25,676 nucleotides of DNA from IMG/VR virus record IMGVR_UViG_3300037851_000561, positions 1-25,676 of that record; one strand, written 5' to 3'. Positions 1 through 7,228 of this stretch are shown here, piece by piece. Positions within the stretch are counted from its first letter, which is position 1; every line of letters begins with the position of its first letter. A program made the translations under genes and the position numbers. Source of the stretch: a virus. Its lineage: Duplodnaviria > Caudoviricetes. The notes under the pieces were generated by a model, which saw nothing but the letters and a program-made list of their open reading frames with translations, had not been told where the DNA came from and did no database searches.

Positions 1-1
1 G

Positions 2-151
2 CTTGAAGTCCTTGGGCAGGGCCGGCCGCTCCGGGGTGTACTCGGGCGCCTCCTTGCGGTTCCGCACCAGCACCACCAGGAGCCAGGCCGCCAGGATGAC
101 GGCGCCCAAGGCGACGATGCGCCAGGTTTCGGGGGTGTTCTCGGGGGTCAT
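2..151 (-). CDS. Early gene, single-TM protein (3' end truncated by window edge)
   Basis: Hand translation MTPENTPETWRIVALGAVILAAWLLVVVLVRNRKEAPEY...; ATG overlaps the upstream stop (ATGA); not in the ORF track. Confidence 0.7.
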   Translation of the reverse strand, partial: MTPENTPETWRIVALGAVILAAWLLVVLVRNRKEAPEYTPERPALPKDFK

Positions 152-465
152 GCGCGGGGCTTCCTGGGCTTGGTGGCCTTGTCCAGGAAGGGCAGCAGGT
201 AGGCCGCCACGCCCTGCATGAGGACCGTGTTCTGGTTGGACACCATGTGCAGGAGCTTGAAGGCGGTGAAGGCCTTGGCGAGCGCGGGCTCCTCCATCAG
301 GAAAGCCTCGACGAAGCCCTCCTGGGCGTCATGGGATTCGACGAGGTCGGCCCGCTTGGCCTCGTAAGCCTTCACGAGGCGGGTGAGGGCGATGACCGCC
401 TCGTCGTCCCGCTCGCTCCTCTTGAGGGCCAGGCCATCTAGCATGCTCTCTCCGCGGGCGTTCAC
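148..465 (-). CDS. Hypothetical early phage protein
   Basis: C-terminal part of track ORF 148..744; GTG at 465 overlaps the upstream stop (alternative ATG at 444 with GGAG); helical composition. Confidence 0.7.
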   Translation of the reverse strand: MNARGESMLDGLALKRSERDDEAVIALTRLVKAYEAKRADLVESHDAQEGFVEAFLMEEPALAKAFTAFKLLHMVSNQNTVLMQGVAAYLLPFLDKATKPRKPRA

Positions 466-734
466 AGGGCCCCCACTTCCTGCAACCGGGCGGCCTTCTC
501 GGCGCGCTCCAGGTCCCGCACCACCTTGAAGGCGGCGTCGATGACGGGATCCGGGGGCAGGTGCACCCCGGTGCGGGAGCCGTCGAGCCAGGCTCGGGCG
601 GCGCGGAGGAGCTCGGCGGCCACGCCCCGCTGCCCGTCGATGGTGTAGGCTTCCTCGAGGACCTGGAGGATGTCGAGGGCGTCCCAGGGGACGAGGGCGG
701 CGACGAGCTGCTCGCGGAGGTTGGTGGGGAGCAT
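462..734 (-). CDS. Hypothetical early phage protein (90 aa)
   Basis: MLPTNLREQLVAAL...; ATG in a TGATG overlap with the upstream gene. Confidence 0.7.
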   Translation of the reverse strand: MLPTNLREQLVAALVPWDALDILQVLEEAYTIDGQRGVAAELLRAARAWLDGSRTGVHLPPDPVIDAAFKVVRDLERAEKAARLQEVGAL

Positions 735-1258
735 CAGGCACCACCCCGGGCTGCGCGCATGACCTTGACCAGGTCCTGGTTGTCCAGGATGTCGAGCAGG
801 CTCTCCATGGCCTCGCGCTCGCTCACCCTGGAGCCGGGGAGTATCCAGGCGAGGACCTTGGCCTGGGCCTGCTCCAGGGTGGAGAGGAGGGGCTCCAGGG
901 CGTTGACGGCGCGGACGATCAGGTCCGCGTCGAGGCGCGCCGTCTCGCCCAGGTAGCATGTGACCACGGGCATGCCCTTCGCGGTCCTGATATGCCACCA
1001 TTCCCTCTCCTGATCCTTCCGGGCCGACCAGGGCAAGGCGCTCTGGTTCTCGGGGAGGGTGCGCGGCCGGACAGCGTCCGCCCAGCATCCGAAGCCGGTG
1101 CGGAGCTCGAGCCAGGGGCGGCCCTGGCGGACGAAAACCTTGTGCACGAAAGCTTCCTTGCCGTCCGGATCGAAGACCGGAGAGCCGGGCTCGTAGTCGG
1201 GGGCGGTGGGTTCCGCTTGCCCCTGGGGGTCTTGCGAGGTTATCTTGGATTCAGGCAT
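734..1258 (-). CDS. Hypothetical early phage protein (174 aa)
   Basis: MPESKITSQD... with GGAG SD; the PWSA...WWHI...DADLIVRAVNA segment resembles small phage early proteins. Confidence 0.75.
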   Translation of the reverse strand: MPESKITSQDPQGQAEPTAPDYEPGSPVFDPDGKEAFVHKVFVRQGRPWLELRTGFGCWADAVRPRTLPENQSALPWSARKDQEREWWHIRTAKGMPVVTCYLGETARLDADLIVRAVNALEPLLSTLEQAQAKVLAWILPGSRVSEREAMESLLDILDNQDLVKVMRAARGGA

Positions 1259-1327
1259 CGTCAACGCTCCGTGTTGATGGTGAGTAGAGGGCCCGGGGAG
1301 CACCACCTCCCGCGGGCCTTCGTTCTT

Positions 1328-1540
1328 TCAGGCCGCTTTCCCAGCGCCTTCCGTTGGTAAAACTTTCGCCGCTATCTTTGCCCTGGCCCACTCCGCGAGA
1401 GCGCAGGCAGCGATCTCCTGGACGGCCTCCAGCAGCTCCCCGGCGTCTTTCCCGGTCGCGTAGTCCCGATTGCCGGCGAGGTACTGGAGGGCCACGTGCA
1501 GGCGAACCTCGGTGCCGGAGGGCTGCGGGAGGGTTTTCAT
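1328..1540 (-). CDS. Hypothetical early phage protein (70 aa)
   Basis: MKTLPQPSGTEVRLHVALQYL...; ATGA overlap with 1537..1749. Confidence 0.65.
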   Translation of the reverse strand: MKTLPQPSGTEVRLHVALQYLAGNRDYATGKDAGELLEAVQEIAACALAEWARAKIAAKVLPTEGAGKAA

Positions 1541-1749
1541 GCCGCCTTGGCCTCTGCGTCTTCCGCGATCGCTTCCAGCAAGAGCTGGTTCTCCGCCGGG
1601 CTCAAGGCCTCGGAGAGGCGCACCCGCGCCAGCATGCCCCGGTCCTGCCACATCTCCCAGAGGACGAGCTTGAGCTTCCCCCGCTGGTCGAGGGCGTCCC
1701 ACTCTTGGGGTTCCAGAGCTTCTTGCGGGGCTTGGGCCTGGGAAATCAT
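1537..1749 (-). CDS. Hypothetical early phage protein (70 aa)
   Basis: Fits operon packing; helical composition. Confidence 0.65.
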   Translation of the reverse strand: MISQAQAPQEALEPQEWDALDQRGKLKLVLWEMWQDRGMLARVRLSEALSPAENQLLLEAIAEDAEAKAA

Positions 1750-1802
1750 GGGGTTACGCCTTGTCGTTGATACGATGTTGATAGAGTTTTCCCGATACCG
1801 GG

Positions 1803-2021
1803 TCAGGCTGGGGTCTCGGTGGGTTCGGGCTGGTCGAGGAATTCACGGACCTCGGCCGGGAGCCGGCTCCAGGATTCCAGGATGGCCTCCGTGGCCACGT
1901 CGCCCATGTCGGCGTCCTCGCCCTTTGCCTTACGGAGGCCGGCTATTTTCCGGGCTTTCCTCCAGGCGTCCGGGGATACCGCGATTTGCTTCGTGGTCCG
2001 GGCGTTTTTGGGGTCTGACAT
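1803..2021 (-). CDS. Small DNA-binding protein in the Cro position, probably ribbon-helix-helix (Arc/Mnt/CopG-like)
   Basis: MSDPKNARTTKQIAVSPDAWRKARKIA...MGDVATEAILE shows a strand-helix-helix pattern; first gene divergent from the repressor; start placed at 2021, downstream of the predicted promoter. Confidence 0.6.
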   Translation of the reverse strand: MSDPKNARTTKQIAVSPDAWRKARKIAGLRKAKGEDADMGDVATEAILESWSRLPAEVREFLDQPEPTETPA

Positions 2022-2048
2022 GCTATCTTTCCGGGTTCGTTTTGACTG

Positions 2049-2070
2049 GTTCGAACCGTTCGAACCGTTC
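2049..2070. repeat. Tandem palindromic repeat GTTCGAACC x2 + GTTC; candidate operator
   Basis: Read directly: 9-bp period, each unit containing the palindrome GTTCGAAC; lies between the divergent regulators. Confidence 0.6.
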
Positions 2071-2078
2071 ATATCTGA

Positions 2079-2107
2079 ATAATAATTCGACAATGAATAG
2101 AAGTCAA
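2079..2107 (-). promoter_or_regulatory. Sigma70-type leftward (early) promoter
   Basis: TTGACT (2107-2102), 17 nt spacer, TATTAT (2084-2079) on the minus strand in an AT-rich intergenic region. Confidence 0.7.
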
Positions 2108-2116
2108 CAGAAATGA

Positions 2117-2590
2117 ATGGATTTATTCGTGTCTGAATTTTCCCAAAAATTGAAGGATTTTCGCGAGAGGCAGCGGAAATTCAAGAATTCGACTGAATTC
2201 TATAAGGCGCTGGGCGCCTCTCAGCCGACAGGTTCTCGTTATGAGAGCGGCGAAACGCAACCGGACTTGTCGTTTTTGAATAACCTCCTCAAGGAATTTC
2301 CTGAGGAAGCCCTCCATCTTATGCCGGGATGGGGCATGGGTACACCTGCGGTTGCAGAGCCCACCCCAACATACGTAACGGACGAGTTACCGAGCCACGT
2401 CCAAGCGGCCTACGAGCTTCTCTGCGAGATCCTTGATCTCAAGAAGGCGACGCCGGCGGATGGCGATCGGAAGCTGGTGGGGGGAATTCTAGGGAAAGCT
2501 GCGAAGGCGCTGGCGAGCGGGATGCCCCTAGAGGTGGTTCGGAAGGATCTGACAACGGATGCGGAATTGTTCCTTCGGATCCTTCGATGA
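2117..2590 (+). CDS. XRE-family HTH repressor (CI-like), no S24 peptidase domain visible
   Basis: KLKDFRE...STEFYKALGASQPTGSRYESGETQPDLSFL HTH signature, AVAEPTPTY linker, divergent from the early operon. Confidence 0.85.
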   Translation: MDLFVSEFSQKLKDFRERQRKFKNSTEFYKALGASQPTGSRYESGETQPDLSFLNNLLKEFPEEALHLMPGWGMGTPAVAEPTPTYVTDELPSHVQAAYELLCEILDLKKATPADGDRKLVGGILGKAAKALASGMPLEVVRKDLTTDAELFLRILR

Positions 2591-2675
2591 TCTCGCGGAT
2601 GGCTTCGCGGTCGAGGTGGATTTGCATGAGGAGCGCGCGGATGTCCCGCTTCAGATCGTCCAACCCTTCGGACAT
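2439..2675 (-). CDS. Small antisense ORF (78 aa) overlapping the repressor 3' end
   Basis: GGAGAAAGGTGCT-ATG SD; amphipathic N-terminus MSEGLDDLKRDIRALLMQIHLDREAIREII. Confidence 0.4.
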   Translation of the reverse strand: MSEGLDDLKRDIRALLMQIHLDREAIREIIEGSEGTIPHPLSDPSEPPLGASRSPAPSQLSLEFPPPASDRHPPASPS

Positions 2676-2810
2676 AGCACCTTTCTCCGCAGGCCCCGTT
2701 AAGGCCTGCGGGCACAAGGCGCCTTCCCTGGCGCGGACTGCCATCCTGGCGGAACTCAAGGTAAGCGATTCCCGGGGACAGGGAATGTCCTTCAATTATT
2801 GGAGGTGACT

Positions 2811-3212
2811 ATGGGAAAATGGTTGGCTTTGTTGGCCTTGGCGGTTCAGCTCGGCATAGCGGGGACCGTGGAGTTTTCAGGCACCCCTTCCCGGAAAGTC
2901 GAGATCGACGAGAAGGGTGAGGGCGCCTATAAGCTGACCGAAGAGGAAAAAGGCAAATACCAGGTCGTCATCACCAAGGAGGGCGAAAAGTATTTCTGGA
3001 CCTCGCGGGGCGGCCTCGAGATGGTGCGCACCGAATCCGGCTCATACCTGACCTACGTCGCCATCAACGGCTCAGGGTACGTGAGGACACTGCAGCCGTG
3101 GGTTCGAGATATGCATGCGAAGCTCTCGGAGAAGGAAAAGCGAGAGGCTGGGTTCCTCTACCTGGAGCACTTGGTGCACCGGATGGGCTCGATCACCTAT
3201 TTCGGATTTTGA
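2811..3212 (+). CDS. Secreted/periplasmic protein of unknown function (133 aa)
   Basis: GGAGGTG SD before ATG 2811; signal peptide MGKWLALLALAVQLGIAG; beta-rich mature part. Confidence 0.85.
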   Translation: MGKWLALLALAVQLGIAGTVEFSGTPSRKVEIDEKGEGAYKLTEEEKGKYQVVITKEGEKYFWTSRGGLEMVRTESGSYLTYVAINGSGYVRTLQPWVRDMHAKLSEKEKREAGFLYLEHLVHRMGSITYFGF

Positions 3213-3214
3213 AA

Positions 3215-3412
3215 ATGAATTGGAATAAGGGATTCTTTCGCGTAGCCTTGTCCGCCTCCACGCTCACTTGGATTTTCGCCTTCTGTATGTGGCTTGAGAA
3301 TCCGGATCGGCCTGGCGTCTGGTCGCCATGGATTGTTTACGGTGTAACGGCTTGGCTGGTGTATGGCGTTGGCCTTTTCATCGCCCGCGGATTCCGAGCG
3401 CCGAAAGAATGA
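3215..3412 (+). CDS. Small membrane protein with two predicted TM helices (65 aa)
   Basis: MNWNKGFFRVALSASTLTWIFAFCMWL...WIVYGVTAWLVYGVGLFIARGF; starts 2 nt after the previous stop. Confidence 0.75.
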   Translation: MNWNKGFFRVALSASTLTWIFAFCMWLENPDRPGVWSPWIVYGVTAWLVYGVGLFIARGFRAPKE

Positions 3413-3594
3413 TCCTCGAACCTGAGAAGAAGCGCGGAACCTTATTCCGTTTTCTTGTGGTGATCCTGGGTCCTTTCTACATGGCCTGGGAGTCTCGGCG
3501 GGGAATATGGAACCACTTCACCAAGGGCATCTGGAGTTGGGTCTACTTCCTCGTGGGCTGCATCATTCTCTATCACATTTTTGGAAAAGAATGA
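3409..3594 (+). CDS. Small membrane protein with two hydrophobic segments (61 aa)
   Basis: MILEPEKKRGTLFRFLVVILGPFYMAW...WSWVYFLVGCIILYHIFGKE; ATGA overlap. Confidence 0.7.
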   Translation: MILEPEKKRGTLFRFLVVILGPFYMAWESRRGIWNHFTKGIWSWVYFLVGCIILYHIFGKE

Positions 3595-3621
3595 CCCCCG
3601 CCCGCTCCACCCGGAGGTAAC

Positions 3622-3972
3622 ATGCCTATGACGGATGATGAAATCCTCAAAGTTTTCGGGCTCAAAGGGGTGAATACCCTGGACGCCATCACCTTGGTCG
3701 CCCGCGAGATCGGGCTTGACCGGCTTTCCATTCTCTCTGACCAGGAGGTCGTCGATGCCTTCAATGCTGCTGCCGAAGCATCAGAGGTGGATCCTCGCGT
3801 GCAGCCGCACATAAAGGGCGGGCAGATGACCGGGTTTATTCACAATGGGATTTGTGATCGGCAGGAGCGCCTCACGGCCAAAGGAATAGCTCTGCTGAGA
3901 AAACTGGGCGAAGTAAGGCGCCCTTTCGCGGGATTCTATAAGGACAATGAGGGCGGCTTGAAAGCGCAGTAG
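3622..3972 (+). CDS. Hypothetical protein, possible winged-helix fold (116 aa)
   Basis: GGAGG SD; RLTAKGIALL resembles the LTxKG motif that follows a wHTH wing. Confidence 0.7.
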   Translation: MPMTDDEILKVFGLKGVNTLDAITLVAREIGLDRLSILSDQEVVDAFNAAAEASEVDPRVQPHIKGGQMTGFIHNGICDRQERLTAKGIALLRKLGEVRRPFAGFYKDNEGGLKAQ

Positions 3973-4145
3973 TCCGTCTGGGACTTTTCGGGGCTGACCT
4001 GCGTCAGCTCCAGGGGCCGCCCCATGCGTAGGACCCGGTCCTTGAAGAAGGGGATGGGCAGGCCTTGGTCGACTATCTGCTGTAGCAAGGGCGTGGCGTC
4101 CGCACCTTCGGGGAGCTCTTTCAGCTGCTCGTAGAGGTGGTTCAT
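3936..4145 (-). CDS. Hypothetical protein, last gene of the late operon (69 aa)
   Basis: ATGA overlap with 4142..4315; 3' end overlaps the convergent plus-strand gene by 37 nt. Confidence 0.55.
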   Translation of the reverse strand: MNHLYEQLKELPEGADATPLLQQIVDQGLPIPFFKDRVLRMGRPLELTQVSPEKSQTDYCAFKPPSLSL

Positions 4146-4315
4146 GTTTCAAGTCTTTCCTTGGGAGGGATAGGATCCGGAATTGCCCCCCACCACTCCG
4201 GAAAGACCACCCGGGCGGCAGGGTCGAGATCCCAAGGGCCCACGGGGATGGAGTCCCCGGGCGCCCACTCGCGAAGCTCTCCGGTGCCCTGGTGGCGGAT
4301 CAGTTGCTTTTCCAT
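4142..4315 (-). CDS. Hypothetical Pro/Trp-rich protein (57 aa)
   Basis: MEKQLIRHQGTGELREW... with GGAG SD. Confidence 0.55.
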   Translation of the reverse strand: MEKQLIRHQGTGELREWAPGDSIPVGPWDLDPAARVVFPEWWGAIPDPIPPKERLET

Positions 4316-4343
4316 GACGACTCCACTCTGAAAATATACTCGC

Positions 4344-4556
4344 CTACTGCAGCCAACGCAGCATGGCCACCAGGAAGGCCACCCAAGAGCTGAGGCGCAC
4401 CTCGTACCGGTGAATGGATCCCCGCCGCCGGTTCCCGGCGTAGACCGTCGCCGCAGCCGGGGCGGCCAAGGCCAGCGAGTAATTCCAGGCCCCGCCCTCG
4501 CCGTCCTGCCGGTGCTCGATCTGGGCATAGGCCCCGGCGGTCCACTCGAGGATCAC
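4344..4556 (-). CDS. Small protein resembling a partial fibronectin-III/Ig-like domain
   Basis: GTGA overlap with the upstream stop; LEW..Y.QIE..GAW...T.Y...G...RYEVR pattern. Confidence 0.5.
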   Translation of the reverse strand: MILEWTAGAYAQIEHRQDGEGGAWNYSLALAAPAAATVYAGNRRRGSIHRYEVRLSSWVAFLVAMLRWLQ

Positions 4557-6094
4557 GCGGCCGCCGGCTGGGTGAGGAGGGTGAGGAGCCGGGCATCCGC
4601 TCCCGTGGCCGTGAAGCGCAGGGTCACGCAGTTGGCGTTCACGTCCGCCGCGGCCAGGTCGAGGTAGTAGACCCCATTCCCGACCTCCACTGGGGAATTG
4701 GCGCAGGCGCCGAAGCTCGCCCCATCCAAAGAGCGGGTTGCGGTCACGGTGAGGCCCGTGGCCGGGGTGAGGTGGTCGGCGCTCTGGACCATCACGAACA
4801 TGAAGCGGCTGAACGCCGTATTCTTGGTGAGGCGAACCGGCAAGGTGTTCTTGAGTTTGAGGCCGATCCCGCCGGCGCCGGCGATGGCGGTCTCGAGCAC
4901 GTCCCAGATGGCAATGCGCTCGGAGGCCGTGAGGCCGTACCCGGTTTTGTCTCCCACCACCTGGGCGTTGGCGTCCACCCGACCCGAGATCAGGGCATTC
5001 ACGGCCGATCCCAGCCAGAGACCCACATCCACCCGGCCGGAACCATTGATGGACAAGGAGGAGAAGTTCGCCGGCCAGCCGTCGCGCTGGCCCTCGAGTG
5101 AGTCCGTGGTATTGTTGGCCGTGCCGGCTCCGCTTCCCAGGTCGGCATTCACGTCCGTGGGCACGGTCGCGTCCGAATCCTTGCGGAAGAGAGCCTGGAG
5201 GGCGCCCAGGACGGTATTCCGCCCCGAGCCGGTCCAGGCTCCGAGCTTGTTGGAAACGGTGGTGAGCCCGGAGGCGGTGGCCAAGGTATTCAGCGCCGCA
5301 TTGATGTTGTCCACCAGGAGCTTCCCGATGCTGCCGGCCGTGGTGAGCGCCGAAGTCAGGGCGTCCCAGATGGCTTGGACGGCCGCCGCGGAGAGGCCGT
5401 AGCCGGTCTTGTCATTGTTGGTCCCCACGGTCACGGAGAAGGCGAACGCGGTGAGGGTGCGGGTGGCGGTGGACCAGACGGCATCGAGGGCGCCGGCGGC
5501 GAAGCTGGCGGCGGCGATGACCCCGTTGGCCACCGCCCCCACATGGGCGTCCACTCGGCCGCTCTGGAGGGTGTTCGGCTGGGTCCCGCGCCAGGCGACC
5601 ACGTTTCCGTCGATGCGCCCATTGGCGTCCTGGTTGATCTGGCCGGCGCCGGTGCCGCGCGTGAACAGGCCGCCGGCCGCCTCGGCGTTCGCGTTGGGCA
5701 GGGCGGTCATCCCCCCGCGGACGGCATCTTGGAGGTTCACGCTGGAGAGCTGGATCTCGATGTCCACCTGGACCATGTTGGTCGCGCCCTTGAGCGTGAT
5801 GACCACCGAATCCACCCCCGAGGCCAGGGCGGCATCGGGGATGTCCAGGCGGTAGATGCCGGGCATGTTGGTGGCGTCCACCTCGCGAAAGCCCCCGGAG
5901 GAATAGGCCGAGTTCGCCGCGGCCAGGGTGGCCAGGGTGATGGCGGTGGCGCTCCCTCCCTGGCGAACGTAGTATGCCGTGAGGCCGGCAGAATTGAACA
6001 CCAGGCCTGTCAGCCGAGCGCCGGTCGTGGAGGAGGAGTTGAGGACCACGAAATAGATACTCTGGCTGGTGACGCCCTTCAGCATGACGCGCAT
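4553..6094 (-). CDS. Putative virion fibre/accessory structural protein with internal repeats (513 aa)
   Basis: Ala/Gly/Thr-rich; related terminal beta-sandwich-like domains (EVDATNMPGIYRLDI / EVGNGVYYLDL); duplicated DKTGYGL..AIWD block. Confidence 0.75.
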   Translation of the reverse strand: MRVMLKGVTSQSIYFVVLNSSSTTGARLTGLVFNSAGLTAYYVRQGGSATAITLATLAAANSAYSSGGFREVDATNMPGIYRLDIPDAALASGVDSVVITLKGATNMVQVDIEIQLSSVNLQDAVRGGMTALPNANAEAAGGLFTRGTGAGQINQDANGRIDGNVVAWRGTQPNTLQSGRVDAHVGAVANGVIAAASFAAGALDAVWSTATRTLTAFAFSVTVGTNNDKTGYGLSAAAVQAIWDALTSALTTAGSIGKLLVDNINAALNTLATASGLTTVSNKLGAWTGSGRNTVLGALQALFRKDSDATVPTDVNADLGSGAGTANNTTDSLEGQRDGWPANFSSLSINGSGRVDVGLWLGSAVNALISGRVDANAQVVGDKTGYGLTASERIAIWDVLETAIAGAGGIGLKLKNTLPVRLTKNTAFSRFMFVMVQSADHLTPATGLTVTATRSLDGASFGACANSPVEVGNGVYYLDLAAADVNANCVTLRFTATGADARLLTLLTQPAAA

Positions 6095-6808
6095 TTATTG
6101 AAATCCTCCGGAAGGGTGGGCCATGTAACCCTGTTTGATGTGGTCCTGCAGGAAGAAGGGAAGCCCGCCGCCTCCACCCCCGGACCCGTCGTTCTTGATG
6201 GACACGGCCACGAGGCCGATGCCGAAGGCGGTGTTGGTGCGGCTATGGCCGATGGTCACGGACCCCGAAGCCCCTGCCTTGGAGGAAACGCCCCCCGTGT
6301 CATCGGCGACGAAGTCTTCTTGCTCCGTCTCCATGGTATTCCCCTGGTTGGGGGTCACCGTGTCGGCATTTCCGAAATAGTTGTCGATCACCAGATCGTT
6401 CGCGGCCGACGTTGGCGAGGCGCTGAAGGTGGCGCCGGCCGCGGTGCTGCCGGTCACCGGGGTTCCCAAGGGCGTGGTCTGGTCCACGCCCGAGAAGGCG
6501 ATCGCTGCGATGTACATGCCGTATTGGGAAGCATTTGCCGCCGTGGCGCAAACGACGGCCGAGGCGGCCGGGTTGATGGTGTAGTAGCCGGAATTCCGGA
6601 AATAGGTTTCGTAGGTGTCGCTCCACCCCAAGGTCATGGCCACGCCGCTATTGCGGGTTTGGACGAGGGAGGTGGCGACCGGGCTTTGGTCGGATCCTGC
6701 CACGGCCAGCAATAAGCGATTGGAACCCGCCGGGGTGATGGAGGGGGCGTTCAGGGTCGAGGCGCCGGTGACCGACGCACTCGCCTTGGCTTCAATCGCG
6801 ACGGCCAT
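6095..6808 (-). CDS. Putative virion-associated beta-sandwich protein (237 aa)
   Basis: Ser/Thr/Ala-rich; GSNRLLLAVA and FSGVDQTTP motifs like those in phage tail-associated proteins; poly-Gly linker before a short C-terminal tail. Confidence 0.7.
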   Translation of the reverse strand: MAVAIEAKASASVTGASTLNAPSITPAGSNRLLLAVAGSDQSPVATSLVQTRNSGVAMTLGWSDTYETYFRNSGYYTINPAASAVVCATAANASQYGMYIAAIAFSGVDQTTPLGTPVTGSTAAGATFSASPTSAANDLVIDNYFGNADTVTPNQGNTMETEQEDFVADDTGGVSSKAGASGSVTIGHSRTNTAFGIGLVAVSIKNDGSGGGGGGLPFFLQDHIKQGYMAHPSGGFQ

Positions 6809-7219
6809 TTAGCCGGCGTCCCGCTTGGACTGGGTCGAAAGGATCGACTCGGAGGTCTCGGCGTCGATCTTGGTGCGCAGCGGGGCGAGCGCCTCCACCG
6901 TCACTCGGATGCGGCGCTGGTCGTTCTCAGCCCCCGGGAAGGCCGAGGTGACCATGGAGTGAAAAGCCATGACCGACCCATCCCGATTGAGGAGCGTCCC
7001 GCCGCGGGCGGTGAAGCCGCCGAATTCCTGCCAGGTCTGGCCGTTGTCCGGGCTGTACCACTGGGTCACTCGGATGACATCCGCGCCGGTATCGGGCCAA
7101 TTGAGCCGGTGGATGGTCAGCCGGGAGAAGCGCTCCAGGCGCTGGGCGTTGAGGGGTGGGGATTCGTGGACCTCCCCCTGGGAGAAGTCTCGCTCGGGTA
7201 CGATGGTGCGGATGGCCAT
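6809..7219 (-). CDS. Hypothetical beta-rich protein (136 aa)
   Basis: AAGGAGG SD; YSPDNGQTWQ Asp-box-like motif; stop abuts the next ATG. Confidence 0.75.
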   Translation of the reverse strand: MAIRTIVPERDFSQGEVHESPPLNAQRLERFSRLTIHRLNWPDTGADVIRVTQWYSPDNGQTWQEFGGFTARGGTLLNRDGSVMAFHSMVTSAFPGAENDQRRIRVTVEALAPLRTKIDAETSESILSTQSKRDAG

Positions 7220-7228
7220 GGCGCCTCC

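Noticed and set aside
2048-2070. GGTTCGAACC as a tRNA T-arm, tRNA-derived att core or LexA box
   Set aside because: There is no cloverleaf or CCA continuation, and the spacing fits neither CGAAC-N4-GTTCG nor GTTC-N7-GTTC.
2587-2808. Plus-strand 73-aa ORF between the repressor and the secreted protein
   Set aside because: It has an ATGA overlap, but the Ser/Arg/Met-rich sequence looks like the shadow of the minus-strand ORF, which has the better SD. Not fully excluded.
3404-3620. Both small membrane genes end in AAAGAATGA, and a 9-codon mini-ORF spans 3591-3620
   Set aside because: Too short to separate from chance; no further similarity between the two genes.
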